A stretch of DNA of 62,325 nucleotides, filler included, from Chiloscyllium plagiosum (lineage: Eukaryota): the NCBI RefSeq assembly GCF_004010195.1. It is 3 parts of one record of this genome, joined end to end, with 100 filler letters (N's around TTAATTAATTAA, not from the genome) between each part and the next. Parts side by side here need not be neighbours in the genome. Positions count along the whole stretch, not along the records: positions 1 to 26,909 come from NC_057714.1; positions 27,010 to 54,038 come from NC_057714.1; 1 more part is not named here. The stretch is one strand, 5' to 3'. The translations under genes and the position numbers were made by a program. Shown here piece by piece: positions 25,091 through 37,267 of the stretch (position 1 is its first letter; the number at the start of each line of letters is the position of its first letter). The notes beneath the pieces are model-generated. The model saw only the letters and a list, made by a program, of their open reading frames with translations, ran no database searches and was not told the DNA's origin.

Positions 25091-25948
25091 CATCCATGTG
25101 CCTATCCAAGAGTGGCTTAAATGTCCCTAATGTCTCTGACTCTACTATCGCTGCTGGCAGTGCGTTCCACGTACTCACCACCCTGTCTAAACAACCAACC
25201 TCTGACATCTTCCCTAAACTTTCCTCCAATCCCCTTAAAATTATGACCCCTTGTGATAGCCATTTCTGCTGTAGGAAAACGTATCTAACTATTCGCTTTA
25301 TCTATGTCTCTCATCATCTTGTCCAGCTCTGTCAAGTGACCTCTCACCCTTCTTTGCTCCAATGAGAAAAGCCTTAGTTTCCTCAACCTTAATAATTCAT
25401 GCCCTCCAGTCCAGGCAACATCCTGGTAAATCTCCTCTGCTCCTTCTCTAAAGCTTCCATATCCATGTTATAATGAGGCAACCAGAACTGAACACAATAC
25501 TCCAAGTGTGTTCTAACCAGAGCTCTATACAGCTGCAGCATAATCTCATGGCTCTTAAACTCAATCCTCCTGCTAATGAAAGCCAACACACCATATGCCT
25601 TCTTAACAGCCCTATCAACTTGGGTGGCAACTTTGAGGGATCTATGGACATGGACCCCAAGATCCCTCTGTTCCTCCACACTGCCAATAATCCTGGCTTT
25701 AACCCTGTATTCTGCATTCAAATCCGACCTTCCAAAGTGAATCACTTCACACTTTTCCAGGTTGAACTCCATCTGCCACATTTTAGCCCAGCTCTGCATC
25801 CTGTCAGTGTCCTGTTGCAACCTACAAAAGCCCTCTACACTATCCACCAACCTTCGTGTCATTGGCAGACTTACTAACTCCTCATCCAAGTCATTTAGAA
25901 AAATCACAAAGAGCAGAGGTCCCAGAACCGATACCTGCGGAACACCAT
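25091..25948 (-). mobile_element. CR1 LINE fragment (second subfamily)
   Basis: ORF 25389-25907 (WQMEFNLEKCEVIHFG, LEYCVQFW), preceded by GVPQ.SVLG. Confidence 0.9.
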
Positions 25949-25984
25949 AGTATATCTATTGCAGTGTCCCTTAAAACCCTTAGT

Positions 25985-26405
25985 TATAGCAGCAGAATTA
26001 GGCCATTTAGCCCCTCGTGCCTGCTCTACCATTTGATCGTGCTGATATGTTTCTCAAATGCATGCATTCTCCTGCCTTCTCCCTTGATCCCCTAACTAAT
26101 CAAGTACCTATGTATTTCTGTCTTAAATACGCTTAATGATTCGGCCTCCACAATTTGCTGAGGCAATGAGTCCCACAGATTCACCACCCTCTGGCTGAAG
26201 AAATTCCACCTCAACTCTGTTCTAAAGGGTCGGTCATTCACTCTGAGGCTGTGCCCTCGGATCCTAGTCTCTCCAACAATTGGAAACTTCTTTTCCACAT
26301 CCACTCTATTCAGGCCTCTCTGTATTCTGTAAGTTTCAATCAGATTCCCCCTCACTCTTCTGAACTCCATCAAGAATAGATCCTGAGTCCTCAACCACTC
26401 CTCGT
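25985..26405 (-). mobile_element. CR1 LINE 3' end
   Basis: RVRGNLIETYRI...FFSQRVVNLWDSLP on the minus strand; 3' tail at about 25985. Confidence 0.85.
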
Positions 26406-26909
26406 GGACCTCAAGAAAGAGACTTTGTGGAGTGCCTCCGAGATGGATTCTTAGAACAGCTGGTGCTGGAGCTGACCAGGGAGAAGGCAATTCTGGATCT
26501 GGTATTGTGCAACGACCAGAATTGATCAGGGACTTTGAAGTGAAGGAGCTGTTAGGAGGTAGTGACCATAATACAATAAGCTTCAATCCGCAATTTGAAA
26601 GGGAGAGGGTACAATCGGAAGTGACAATATTTCTGTTGAATAAAGGGAACTATGGAGCTATGAGGGAGGAGCTGGCCAAAGTTCAATGGTGCAATACCTT
26701 AGCAGGGATGACGGTGGAGGAACAATGGCAGATACTTCAGTATATAATGCAGAAGATGCAGGATCAGTCCATTCCAAAAAGGAAGAAAGGTCCTAGGAAG
26801 AGGCATGGGTGGCCGTGGCTGACGAGGGAAGTTAAGAAACATATAAAGTTAAAAGAGAAAAAGTATAACATAACAAAGGTAAGTGGGAAAACGGAGGACT
26901 GGGAAGCTT
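26406..26909 (+). mobile_element. CR1 LINE ORF2 endonuclease C-terminal region (opposite orientation)
   Basis: ILDLVLCN...LGGSDHNTISF APE motif and PWLTRE; cut off by the gap. Confidence 0.85.
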
Positions 26910-27009
26910 NNNNNNNNNNNNNNNNNNNNNNNNNNNNNNNNNNNNNNNNNNNNTTAATTAATTAANNNNNNNNNNNNNNNNNNNNNNNNNNNNNNNNNNN
27001 NNNNNNNNN
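26910..27009. other. 100-bp scaffold gap with TTAATTAATTAA linker
   Basis: 44 N + TTAATTAATTAA (26954-26965) + 44 N. Confidence 0.95.
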
Positions 27010-27572
27010 CCGTCACTTTCATCCAGACACTCATCACTGTCAACCAGACCCCCTTACACGCACTCCATCGCCATCAGGATGAACGCCTCAAACTCATTCA
27101 TTTACCATCATCCTGTCCCCCTCACACTCATTCCCTCACTGTCTCCCTGACAACTCACACACACTCCATGTTTGTCACCCTGCTCCCTTACGCTGTTGAT
27201 GTCACTGTCACTCTGACCCCCTCACTCGTCACCGTTACGCTGGCCCCCTTACACTCACTGCATCACCGACATCCTGCCCCCTCGCATTCACTCTGCAAGG
27301 TACACTAACCCCACGCACTCCCTCCGTTACTGTCACACTGACGCCCTTACAGTCACTCCATGACATACCACTATTCCTAAATACTCACTCCCCCACCATC
27401 AGCCTGACCACCGATGCTCATTCCCTCACCATCATCCTGACCTCCTCATACTCACTCCAACATCTCAACCCTGACCCCGCCACATTCTCTCCCACTCCGT
27501 CAGGTTGAACGCCTCAAACTCACTGCATCCCTGTAACCATGATATCCCATTCTCACTCCATCACTGTCACTA
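27010..27572. repeat. Degenerate ~33-34 bp minisatellite (~17 units)
   Basis: Approximate consensus CACTCCATCACTGTCACCCTGACCCCCTCACACT, repeated with high divergence. Confidence 0.75.
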
Positions 27573-27575
27573 TAA

Positions 27576-28586
27576 TGTTAAGACACAGGGTAAACCATTC
27601 TGCTAATTTAATCCAGACATTGAGGAAAGCTCACTTCAGCATGTAATGTGTAAAAGTAAGATTGACAAAGAACTACTAAATCCCAGTATTTTTAAAAAAT
27701 CTTTAACTCGAAGAAAATAAATACACCATTAAATAAACAACACTCTGCATTGTATTCCGATTTTGTCTGATTGACTTGTCTAATATACTGATCTGAAACA
27801 AGCCTCCGATATTTGTTTTTTTTAAAACCACATTTCAATACCAGACAGCTCTTGGTGTTGCATTATCCTCTGTAGATTTTTCTGAGTCGTCTTTTCTTCA
27901 GTCTTCTGCTGCACAAACTTCACATGATAATGAACATTTCAGAGTGCGTCTCTGCAGGCAGTCTTTGTCTTGTTGCAGGTGTTGTTTTTTATCAACACAT
28001 GCTAGCTTCCTCCCTGTCTTAAGTGTAGGCTACTCAAATGCACCTTCATAACACCTCCTCTTTAGGAAAATAATGACTCATTGTAGTGAAAAGATGGATT
28101 CTTTTTTATTTTTCTGAACTGCATTATCATGGAATGCATAAGACTATAATCTAAATTCATACTAATCTGTTCCCACATACATATAAAACCTTGGATAGAT
28201 GAAAACAAAATCATCTATACTTTCTCAGTTAAATCCAAGATAATGCATCTGCGATTACACAATTATAACATGTACGATTTGTAAATTATTATTCTTCATC
28301 ATATTTTTCCAAAGAAATAGTCTCAGATTATTGACTTTAAAGAATGTAAGTGCGTTGTGATCCGTGTGCACCACTGTTCCCTAGAGTTCCTGTGAAACGT
28401 CAGCAACGTGAAGTTCAATTCCATCATAATCTTCCTATAGCAGTACAGTTCCGACTGTCACGTCACGAGCATCGCTGGCAAGTTTGAAGGAGTTCAGAAG
28501 GTTTGGTGTGTCTGAATCGGGGGCAGTGATTAATATTGTCTGTAAAATGTCAAACGCCTCCTGAGATTATTCTTCCAATCAAATCT
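27576..28586 (-). mobile_element. Gypsy LTR retrotransposon 3' portion: RNase H remnant, PPT and 3' LTR (27576-28053)
   Basis: LTR bounded by TGTTA...TAACA; minus-strand PPT AAAGAGGAGG at 28054-28063. The minus strand translates to AFDILQTILITAP...FKLASDARDVTVGTVLL*ED..GIE and TDHNALTF. Confidence 0.8.
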
Positions 28587-28840
28587 GACCTAAGGGGCAA
28601 CTTTTTCACGCAGAGAGTGGTACGTGTATGGAATGAGCTGCCAGAGGATGTGGTGGAGGTTGGTACAATTGCAACATTTAAGAGGCATTTGGATGGGTAC
28701 ATGACTAGGAAGGGTTTGGAGAGATATGGGCCGGGTGCCTTCAGGTGGGACTAGATTGGGTTGGGATATCTGGTCAGCATGGACGGGTTGGACCGAAGGG
28801 TCTGTTTCCATGCTGTACATCTCTATGACTCTATGACTCT
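28587..28840 (+). mobile_element. HER1/CR1 LINE 3' tail (5'-truncated)
   Basis: DLRGNFFTQRVVRVWNELP followed by the ctctatgactctatgactct tail. Confidence 0.92.
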
Positions 28841-31800
28841 AACCGAATCCTCCATTGACAGGAAACAACAGAACAGGATTTTTCATGTACACACTTCAAT
28901 AACTACAAGACTCACAACATCTAAAATTTAATGATAGTAGCAGACACACTGTTTGGAAGTCTTTGTTCGACCTGAAATTTCAAGGCATTATATGAAGATT
29001 GCATAATTTCTGCAGAACATCAGAGCTGATTGAGGAGTGATATAACAAGGGGCATTGGAAATATCAGGTTGCTCACTCCCACAATAATCTCTTTCCATTT
29101 AAGACTTGAATGTAACCATATTGCAATACTGCAATAAGAACTGAACTAATTATTTTTAAAATTGAAATCATTCCATAGTTTCATATTAAAAGACTGAGAT
29201 TAAAGGTAGCGTTCAGCAATGCAGGAGATGGATATCGTCCTCATGTAATACTAAATAATTGGCTGTCATTATCTTTAAATTTGTATGTAGAAGATCAAGA
29301 GTCCATAATATTAAGGGCAGATCCTCCTTTCTTCTTGTTGAAAGATGCCTGATTTTGTTTAAACACAGTAATAGAAGCAGCCACATTGCAAATAGCATCA
29401 GTCAGTGCAAAAATATCAATCTACCTGAAAGCATCATGAGATTTGTTTTGGCTAAAATATTCATGAGTATCAAAGTGTCCTGAATGTCCTACAATATGTC
29501 TATGACAGATGATTGATAGTGAATCTCTTGAGTTGTCTCCCAAAGTGTCTAATTCCATTTTTCTTGACAAACACTAAAGAGAAGGCAGCTCATCTCTTCT
29601 ACAAGAAGTGCTTTACATATTCTCAACCTCTTCAGATCGACAACGTAGTGCATTACAAAGATGAACATATCCATCTTCAAAAAGCATTTAATTCATTAAA
29701 TTGAAACTCAGGTCATTTATATCAGTCTAATTTTTACTGATAATTTTTCCTGGGTGATATATAATGCACCCACAATAAAATAGAAACTCACTAGCAGCTG
29801 TCGGATGTACAATCATATACCTTAATATTTGAAATTTGATATTGTAATGAACTTACAGGTGTCTATTAGAAATAAGTAGTGTTTTATAACTACATTTATC
29901 CACCCACCTTATCCTTGTGTCTAGTCTAATCCTAGTTCACTTAAAGGAGAAAAAGCAGTAATTTCTCACCGGACTGATCAAATTCAATTAGATTAGACTG
30001 GAGCAGACAAAATGTTATTTAGATTTTAAATATTAGATTTAAAACACTGCTGGTCAGTGTAGGATGGAAAATGTCATTGGTCTGTCTATGTTTTAATTTT
30101 GTACTGCAGTCAGGTCCCCTTGAAGATAAACAACGTAGACATGCAAACTAAGGTCAGCAAATGTATTAAGATGAATTGTCTGTAAACATAATTGGTAATA
30201 TAAAATTCCAACCATCATTCAAACCTTTCCATTATTTGAACTGATGTAATAAAGGGAAAACAATGTGTTGCAAAATATGAGAAAGCAACCGTTGATTTGT
30301 TTCTGAGATATTCCAAACAAAAATATTTTTGCAAAAAATCTCCTTGCTTAGTATCTTAAAAATCTTCTATTAAAACTAATGCAGTGAGTTAGGAAGCAAT
30401 TCTATTATATAAAAATAGATTCTAGAGCTTGAACTTAATTCTGGAGAGATAAGGTGTTTTGTTCGTAGGCTAGCTTATATCAAGTAGCACTTTCTTGTGT
30501 ATTTGATTTTATTAGAGGTTTGATATACAGCTGAGCTTGACCAGTGAAATGAATGCTGTCTGGTTGATACATATCATATTGCCAGTGATTGTGCTGCTGC
30601 AGGAAGACATATCTGCCTTAGCCACAGTCTGTCACACTTGTATTTGATCCAAGTGACTGAGACAAAATAAAATGGTCTTTGTAGAAAGCTAGTGAAAGAG
30701 AACTGTTATTTTACATGATAAGAAATTAATCACTGAAAACAAAATGAAACATTTCCCTGTGTGTAATCTTTTTATATACACTACCTTGTTCTTTTGTTAA
30801 TAATTATATTAGTTCAGAAGTGACAACTTGTGGTAACACCAGACTAGTGTTAAATAGGTTCATATGATATTGCTCTATCCAGTACTTTAATGGAGGTGTT
30901 AGTGAATTTATTTACATTGGCTAAATAACACATGATATACTGACATACTAGCATGACCAATAGTGAAATAATATTTAAAAATTGTTAAAACAAGATTAGA
31001 AGTTGAAGCTTTCTGTCTTGCAGTCACAGAGCGAGGATGGAAGAAACTGTTTGGAAAAGAGACACCAATCTGCAAGGCAGAATTTTCTCAGGCCCCGAAT
31101 GACGGGGCTATAGTGAGAAGTCTGGGCGAATCGTGACGTTTGTATCTGGTGGGCTGGACATGCTGAGTGGGTCCTTGTTAGTGCGCCTACTTTGTCTGGG
31201 ACTGACAAAAGGCTAACGGCGCCAGGAGGGTGGAGATGGAAGGCCTAGCCAGTGTCTTAGGAGGATGCTTCGAGGGAACCTCTTTGTGCTTCCTCCTCCA
31301 TCTGGGTACCTTCTGACACCACCTTGTCTCCCAACAAGTATTTACAAATAATATGTGTTAATTATATTTTTTGATGAGTAGGCAATGAGTATTGATGTAT
31401 TATTATTCTTATTTTATGTTAAGTAATGCACTGTTAGGTACTTTTTTAAACTCAGTGTCATTATAAAAACCTTTCACATCATGTACAAGTTTGTCTGCTT
31501 GACCTTTCAGACATTCCTTTAATGTAAATCAACTTTTACTCCCCTCTCCTGACATTCCTATTTTTTATATGAGCTGTTTGGTGGTCTCTCTCTGAAAAAT
31601 ATTAGCTAATTAGAGCTGAATAATGGGTACTCCGATGTCATTGTCTGTCTTGAAGGATCTTGTTCTTGATTACTCAATTTGAGAGTGTGGAAGTTTTTAC
31701 TTGACAGAGAAATCATTCTCACTCCAGGGTTTGAAGTAAAACAAATGGTCCTGAAGTGCAAAGGCCAGCCAACCATTCCTCATCTCTCAATAATTATCTA

Positions 31801-33355
31801 AAGATTTCACATGTTTGATATTCCAGTGAATAACAACTCTAATGATCACAAGTCAAAGTTTGATATCAAAAGTCCCTCCCTGTCTCTAACCATTAATTTC
31901 TATTGCTCTGCATTTCTTTTATAAGCACTTGGGAAACCTTTAAAAGTGTATTTGCAATATATGGTACAGTGAGAGCATTTTATTGAAATGCATCATGTCA
32001 TTAGACATGCATTTAACATCATACTGAGAATGTTTCCTTTAGCTTTCACTGTTCACAGATTTGATGAAATCTTACTTTTCTTTCCCTAAGTTGTTGTTTT
32101 TTATTAGTTTGTTCTGAGAAGCATGTAGACTTTTTTGCCCATTTTTATTCTGTGATCTGTCATTATTCAACCAATGTCAACCATTGTTCCTATTTGTAAA
32201 AGTAAGTAACTTGCTCTTACTTTATTCCATTTTGAATTTCCCATTTTAAGACATAATCCTCTTTAGAAATTAGGTGAAGAGATAAACAGAAACTTAGGTA
32301 AGTTTGGAAAACAGAGATAAACTATGGCTTTAATTATATACTTTGCTCTATTTAATCGTATTGAAATCTCATTTTAAATCTTAGCCTTCAGTTCTGTTCA
32401 AGAGTGATATCTGAAAACAGTATACTCTGCATTCTTTTCCATTACAGGCCTCACTGGCCTGCTGTGCATTTGCAGCATTGTCTGTTTTTGTTGAATATTT
32501 CTAGCGTTTTGCTTATTATTTCACATTTTACAGTGAAGTGTACTCACAGTGTCAGTCAAGAGGAGTTCCTGGTACACACTGTCTGCCAAGTGAAGTCTTA
32601 AAAATCCTCACTTGTCAGCTGAATAATTTGTGACCATCCTGCTTTAGGGGAAAGAGGAAGTATAATGAAGTCTCTTTGGGACCAAGGTGACTCCAAGTTG
32701 ACAAGCCTGATGATGGAAGATTAGAAGTAAGTTGATCCATTGTGCCAGACTTAATAATCCAGTTCCTGAGCTAGATAGCATGCTATTCTTTCAGGACACC
32801 TTGAGTGTTTAATGAATTGGCTTGGCTCATTAATGGAATGTATCCGAAGAGATTGGATTATAATGAAGAGCTGAAACAATTTACATTTAGTCCCAGATAA
32901 CCTGCAGATAATTTGTTAATTTGCACACGGAGCAGATTTTGTGGGTCTTTTGTATTGCTACCTATCAGACATTCTGAACTAGTTGACATCTGTCATTCAC
33001 AAAGCATCTTCTTCCTCTGATGCATTTGCACTTAAAGGCTTCAACAGATGTGTCAGAATATAGGAGCATTCAGCAGCAAATATAACTGAAATCAGATACC
33101 TTGTGTGGAATTTTCCCCTCTGATGTGGTGAGAACAATGGTGAGAAAGGTTGAAAAATATAGCAAGAATGTGAAAGAAAAATCTCGATTTTAAGAAAAGA
33201 TGCCACCAGTTATTCCCTCAAGTATTAAATGGCAAATCCAGAATCTCACCAGAAACCAGAATGGAGATCACCTTATTTCCATGCATTTATCTCTTTAAAG
33301 CCCTAACTCACCTTTTTTGACACCACTTCCAATTCTCCTCATCTCCACTGAGAAA

Positions 33356-33531
33356 TGATGTGGAGTTGCTGGTGTTGGACTGGGGTGGACAAAGTCAGAC
33401 AAAGACAAAGTCACATGACACCAGATTATAGTACAACAGGTTTATGTGAAATCAAAAGTTTTCGGACCATTGCTCCTTCATCAGGTGAAGTTACCTGACT
33501 ATAACCTGGTGACATGTGACTTTTGACTTTG
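33356..33531. mobile_element. Penelope-type pLTR (distinct family), fold-back insertion with 12-bp TSD
   Basis: Inverted arms tggacaaagtca..aagtcacatgacaccag / ctggtgacatgtgacttttgactttgtcca; minus-strand CTGATGA-A-GGAGC-AAT-GGTCC-GAAA; flanks tccactgagaaa (33344-33355) and tccattgagaaa (33532-33543). Confidence 0.7.
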
Positions 33532-33637
33532 TCCATTGAGAAAGGAAATGGCACACGTTCCTGACTGATAAATCAGTGCAGATATCTGGAAGCTGAAGCT
33601 TGATGAATATTTGATGAAGCTTGATGAAGCTTGATGA

Positions 33638-33910
33638 GGTGGCACAGTGGCTCAGTGGTTAGCACTGCTGCCTCATAGCACCAGGGTCCCAGGTTCAATT
33701 CCAACCTCAGATGACTGCGTGGAGTTTTCTCCCTGTGTCTGTGTGGGTTTCCTCCCAAGGTGCGCAGGTCAGGTGAATTGGCTATGCTAAATTGCCTGTA
33801 GTGTTAGGTGTATTAGTCAGAGGGAAATGGGTTTGGGGTGGATTACTCTTCAGAGGGACGGCGTGGACTTGTTGGGCTGAAGGGCCTGTTCCAAATGTAG
33901 GGAATCTAAT
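33638..33910 (+). mobile_element. HE1-type SINE
   Basis: tRNA-like head ggctcagtggttagcactgctgcctca...ggttcaattcc; tail gggcctgttcc. Confidence 0.88.
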
Positions 33911-33930
33911 TAAAGTTGAAATCATATAGT

Positions 33931-34237
33931 GAGCGGCACGGTGGCACAGTGGTTAGCACTGCTGCCTCACAGCGTCAGAGACCCGGGTTCAATTCCCGAC
34001 TCAGGCGACTGACTGTGTGGAGGTTGCACATTCTCCCCGTGTCTGCGTGGGTTTCCTCCGGGTGCTCCGGTTTCCTCCCACAGTCCAAAGATGTGCACGT
34101 CAAGTGAATTGGCCATGCTAAATTGCCCGTAGTGTTAGGTAAAGGGGTAAATGTACACTTCGGCGGGTCGGTGTGGACTTGTTGGGCCGAAGGGCCTGTT
34201 TCCACACTGTAAGTAATGTAATCTAATCAAATCTAAT
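33931..34237 (+). mobile_element. HE1-type SINE (young, CpG-rich)
   Basis: ggcacggtggcacagtggttagcactgctgcctcacagcg...gggttcaattccc; tail gggccgaagggcctgtttccacactg followed by (aatct)n. Confidence 0.92.
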
Positions 34238-35339
34238 TTGTCCTGGCCATCGTGCAACTTCTTCTTTGAACAAAGAACCTGCAGGTTCTATAGCCATATC
34301 CTCCTTGATCCTTCCTCCCCACAAGTCGGCATTAGCAACCAATCAACCTCACCACATCATCAAACCTGCTTTCAGAGCTACTCTCATACCACTTCAGCCC
34401 TCCATCACTTGATGTTGGAGTTCAGGGATGCCTCTGATGTGTACCTTTTCTCTGGGTTGTTTTGCATGCAGGGACAGACAAGCATCTCATACACTGGCAT
34501 CAGATGCTTTTGTGTTGATATTGATGCATGTTTCTTATGGCTCATCTCTTGCTTTCTTAGTACTCACTCACTTCAGTGCTTGCTTGAAGGCTGCCAGCTT
34601 CTGTCCACTTCACACTACTTGTATAGTACACATTGACTTACTGTGCCAGTCTCTTTGGCTTGCATTGCATTTTAGTGTAGAGGCAGAGACAAGCAGCTTG
34701 TAATGGTGGACAACATTGAGCGGTCAATCCACCAGTCAGACCAGGAATGGGCATGTTAGTGTGCAGCACTTTTAACGTCAGACTGCAACATGCTTCAGCA
34801 GCAACATTGCAATCACACCACATGAGCTTCAAGTGGCTATGTTTGAGATTTACAGGGGAAGACTCCTTTTGTGGTGTGAAGAGTGACAACAATTCATTGG
34901 GCAGAGGTATGGCCATAGTCAGTCAAGGGGCTGACTGCAGGGGGTTGGTTATGGGTCATTTAGACACTTGATCTTACCAAAGTCTAAGGCTGTGTCCTTG
35001 AAGTCCACCATGGTCAGTCCTGCTGGTCAGGATCAAGTAGTCTTGGCACTACAAACAGGTCAGTTGGTGTCCTGTGGAGTCATCAGTTTGAGTGGTTAGG
35101 CAATGGTTAATTGGGTCTATGCTGTCAGGTAAGTCTCTCAGGGGTTGGCTGGGAGTTAATTATGATTAGTCAGGGGTATTTGGTCGGTAATGGTCATGGG
35201 GCAGTCCATGGATTTCTGGGGAAAGCAGACATATCAAGTCAGGGATGGGACTCATTGTACTGGATCTTTGAGTGAATGGTCACTATAATGGAGGGATGGT
35301 TGAATAGAATGTAACTTTTAGTTGTAGATCGTATATTGG

Positions 35340-37267
35340 GACCTTAAAACAAATGGGGGAGCATTGAAAGCTGTGGAAAGAGTGGTATGGTGCATCCACC
35401 TCTACCTCAGGCTGAAGCCAGATGCCAACTCATGGACACCTCCTCCTATCACCCCCTCAACCATAACCCCAGTTTTCATCATCTCCCAAACCATCCACAA
35501 TCTCATCACCTCAGGGGATCTCCCACCCACAGCTTCCAACCTCATAATTCCCTAACCTCAGACCGCCTGGTTCTATCTCTTAACCAAAATCCACAAACCT
35601 GACTGCACCGCTTGACTGACTGTCTCCACCTGCTCCTGCCCCACCAAACTTATCTCCTCATATCTTGACTCCATCTTGTTCCCCTTGGACCATGAATACC
35701 CTATATAAGTTTTGGACACCATCCATGCCCTCCACCTCCTCCATGACCTTTGAATCCCCAGCCCCCAATGCCTCATCTTCACCATGGACATCCAGTCCCT
35801 ATACACATCCATCCTCCATGATGAAGGCCTCCAAGTCCTCTGATTTTTCCTCTCCTGCCAACCCAAACAGTTCTCCTCCACTGCCACTCTCATTCAATTG
35901 GCGGAATTGATCCACACCCTCAACAACTTCTTTGAATCCTCTTACATCCCCCAGACCAGAAATGTAGCCATGGGCACCTGTATGAGTCCCAACTAGGCCT
36001 GGCTCTCCATTGGATACTTGGAAAAGTCCCTCTTCTGTAGCTATTACTAGCACCATCCCCCAACTTTTCCTCTGCTACATTGATGACTGTACCAGTGTCA
36101 ACTCATGCTCCCATAAGGAGGTTGAATAGATCATCAGCTTCACCTCCCCAACAACTTCCACCCCAATCTCAAGTTCACATGGACCATCTTACTTACCTTC
36201 CTCCCCTTTCTGGACGTCTTTGATGACCCACTCAACATGGACATCTATTTCAAATCCACCGACTCCAACAGCAACCTCCTCTCAATATGCACTCTTGTAA
36301 AAATGCTATCCCTTATTCTCAATACCTCTGCTTTCACTCTATCTGTTCACAGGAGGAGTAATTCCACTCCAGAACATCCCAGATGGCCTCCTATTTCAAG
36401 GCTGAAATTTCCCCTCCCACGTGATCAACAATGCCCTCCAGTGCATCAGCTCCACTTCCTGCACCTCTGCCCTCAAACCCCACCCCCTCCAACCACAACA
36501 AGCATAGAACTCTCTACCACACCCCCNNNNNNNNNNNNNNNNNNNNNNNNNNNNNNNNNNNNNNNNNNNNNNNNNNNNNNNNNNNNNNNNNNNNNNNNNN
36601 NNNNNNNNNNNNNNNNNNNNNNNNNNNNNNNNNNNNNNNNNNNNNNNNNNNNNNNNNNNNNNNNNNNNNNNNNNNNNNNNNNNNNNNNNNNNNNNNNNNN
36701 NNNNNNNNNNNNNNNNNNNNNNNNNNNNNNNNNNGCCCTGTGGCCGACCACTTCAACTCCACCCCTCCCACTCACCAAGGACATGCAAATCCTGGGCCTC
36801 TCCACTGACAAATCAAAGCCAACTGGCAACTGGAGGAAGAACGCTTCACCTTTCGCCTCAGGACCTTATAACCACACAGCATCAATATCGACTTCACCAG
36901 TTTCCAAATCTCCCCTCTACCCTACCTAATCCCAGATCCAACCTTCCAACTCAGCATTGCTCTCTTGACCTGTCCCACCTGTCCATCTTCCTTCTCACCT
37001 ATTCACTCCGCTCTTTCCTCCTACCTACCATTAGTAGCTACCACCTGCACCCACATATTACCTTCCCACCTACCTTCCGCCCCCAGCCCCACCTCCCAAC
37101 CCCTTTTATCTCTCAGCTCCTTTCCTCCCCACCACATTCCTGATGAAGGGCTTATGCCCAAAACGTCAATTCCCTGCTCCTCGGACGCTGCCCAACTGCT
37201 GTGTTTTTCCAGTGCCACACATTTTGACTGTGACTCTCCAGCACTTGCAGTCCTTGCTTTCTCCTAG
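35340..37267 (+). mobile_element. Penelope-like element (RT + GIY-YIG C-terminus + pLTR), disrupted, spans a gap
   Basis: TMDIQSLYTSI, VAMGT, YIDD and YFKSTDS motifs; after the gap PVADHFNS...LEEERFTFRL; pLTR at ~37135-37267. Confidence 0.9.
36527..36734. other. Assembly gap (208 N)
   Basis: Run of N. Confidence 0.99.

Noticed and set aside
27010..27572. CRISPR-like periodic array
   Set aside because: Units diverge along their whole length, with no constant repeat plus unique spacer. The context is vertebrate and no cas genes are present.
31020..31335. RNase P, RNase MRP, telomerase or 7SK RNA gene
   Set aside because: No diagnostic motifs recognised (no CTAACCCT template, no P4 consensus). 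Kept only as an unexplained structured patch.
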